From Dickeya solani IPO 2222 (lineage in GTDB: Bacteria > Pseudomonadota > Gammaproteobacteria > Enterobacterales > Enterobacteriaceae): DNA of 32,000 bases. Below the pieces are notes generated by a model. It was not told the DNA's origin. It did no database searches and was given only the letters and a program-made list of their open reading frames with translations. This document shows, one piece after another, positions 30,913-32,000 of the stretch (the first letter of the stretch is position 1; every line of letters starts with the position of its first letter). Made by a program: the position numbers and the translations under genes. Location of the stretch: NCBI RefSeq assembly GCF_001644705.1, contig NZ_CP015137.1:1260001-1292000 (forward strand), written 5' to 3'.

Positions 30913-30991
30913 TCATCTGAACCTACGACCTTAGCTTACACCAAGGCCGGCGGCACAGTTTAGCACAAAGAGCGGAGATTCCAACCTGACG

Positions 30992-32000
30992 TTAGTCAGC
31001 CTGCTTACGCAGGAAAGCGGGAATATCGAGATAGTCCGGCTCTTTATTGGTCTGTACGCTCTGGTCGTTCACCACTTTGGCCGCAGGTTTTTCCTGCGTC
31101 AGCGGCGTCATGCCATGTTGCTGGTAGCGGTGGTCCATAACCGGCTGGCTGCTTTGCTTGTTGGTAACCAGCGTAATTTCCGGACGTTTGTCCATGCCGA
31201 TACCGGTGGCGACCACGGTCACCCGCAGTTCGTCGTTCATATCCGGATCCAGCGATGTACCAATCACTACCGTCGCATTATCGGATGCAAACGCGCGAAT
31301 GGTATTACCAACAGTCTCAAATTCATCCAGACGCAGATCGAAACCGGCCGTAATGTTAACCAGCACGCCGCGCGCGCCGGAAAGGTCGATATCTTCCAGC
31401 AGCGGGCTGGAGATAGCCATTTCCGCCGCCTCTTCCGCACGGTCTTCACCACGAGCCACGCCGGACCCCATCATGGCGTAACCCATTTCGGACATCACGG
31501 TGCGCACGTCGGCAAAGTCCACGTTCATCAGGCCCGGGCGGGTAATCAACTCGGCAATACCCTGTACCGCGCCTTTCAACACGTCGTTAGCCGCGCCGAA
31601 CGCGTCCAGCAGAGAGATGCCGCGCCCCAGCACTTTCAACAGTTTGTCGTTGGGGATAGTAATCAGCGAATCGACGTGCTTGGACAGCTCCGCGATCCCC
31701 TGTTCGGCAAACGCCATGCGTTTTTTGCCTTCAAAATTGAACGGTTTGGTCACCACCGCAACGGTGAGGATGCCCAGATCCTTGGCGACTTCCGCCACCA
31801 CCGGCGCCGCGCCGGTACCGGTACCGCCGCCCATGCCGGCTGCGATGAACACCATGTCCGCACCTTCCAGCGCAGAACGCAGTGCTTCGCGATCTTCCTC
31901 GGCGGAATTGCGACCCACTTCCGGGTTGGCGCCCGCGCCCAGACCTTTGGTAATACCACTGCCGATCTGGATGGTCTGGCCGACTGCCGTTTTGCGCAGT
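30992..32000 (-). CDS. ftsZ: Cell division GTPase FtsZ (5' end beyond the window end)
   Basis: The frame is open to position 32000. Translation gives [40 protein letters not shown]...[31 protein letters not shown]...[14 protein letters not shown], which matches E. coli FtsZ. About 45 N-terminal codons are missing. Confidence 0.97.
   Translation of the reverse strand, partial: LRKTAVGQTIQIGSGITKGLGAGANPEVGRNSAEEDREALRSALEGADMVFIAAGMGGGTGTGAAPVVAEVAKDLGILTVAVVTKPFNFEGKKRMAFAEQGIAELSKHVDSLITIPNDKLLKVLGRGISLLDAFGAANDVLKGAVQGIAELITRPGLMNVDFADVRTVMSEMGYAMMGSGVARGEDRAEEAAEMAISSPLLEDIDLSGARGVLVNITAGFDLRLDEFETVGNTIRAFASDNATVVIGTSLDPDMNDELRVTVVATGIGMDKRPEITLVTNKQSSQPVMDHRYQQHGMTPLTQEKPAAKVVNDQSVQTNKEPDYLDIPAFLRKQAD

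Overview
This is an Enterobacterales chromosomal core segment. It is colinear with, and inverted relative to, the E. coli K-12 2-3 min region as I remember it. Gene order is lpdA-aceF-aceE-pdhR (-), aroP (+), ampE-ampD (-), nadC (+), ppdD-hofB-hofC (+), guaC (-), coaE-zapD-yacG (+), mutT-secA-secM (-), lpxC-ftsZ (-). Most proteins align by eye, almost residue for residue, with the E. coli orthologues. The DNA is GC-richer than E. coli, which suggests Dickeya, Brenneria or Serratia, but the genus cannot be determined from this window.

Three places depart from the reference layout:
- Beyond lpdA (1-6222) lies a four-gene accessory cluster: a FepA-like TonB-dependent receptor with an unusual Thr/Ser/Ala tandem-repeat N-terminal extension, a divergent AraC regulator, an orphan MmgE/PrpD-family enzyme and an exported alpha/beta hydrolase.
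- A tsx-like nucleoside porin gene of visibly lower GC sits between ampD and nadC.
- A DUF721/DciA-like gene is wedged between lpxC and secM, with its start codon only 27 nt from the divergent secM start.

Regulatory elements I can read include a perfect PdhR operator, a TyrR-box-like site upstream of aroP, a Fur-box-like site, the SecM arrest motif and several intrinsic terminators.

I found no CRISPR array, tRNA or rRNA, transposase or integrase, toxin-antitoxin pair, or recognisable defence system. Every long ORF is accounted for by a recognisable family. The novelty candidates are therefore modest: the receptor cluster, the receptor repeat extension, and the DciA-like gene with its back-to-back arrangement with secM. 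All calls come from manual reading. No database search or computation was run.
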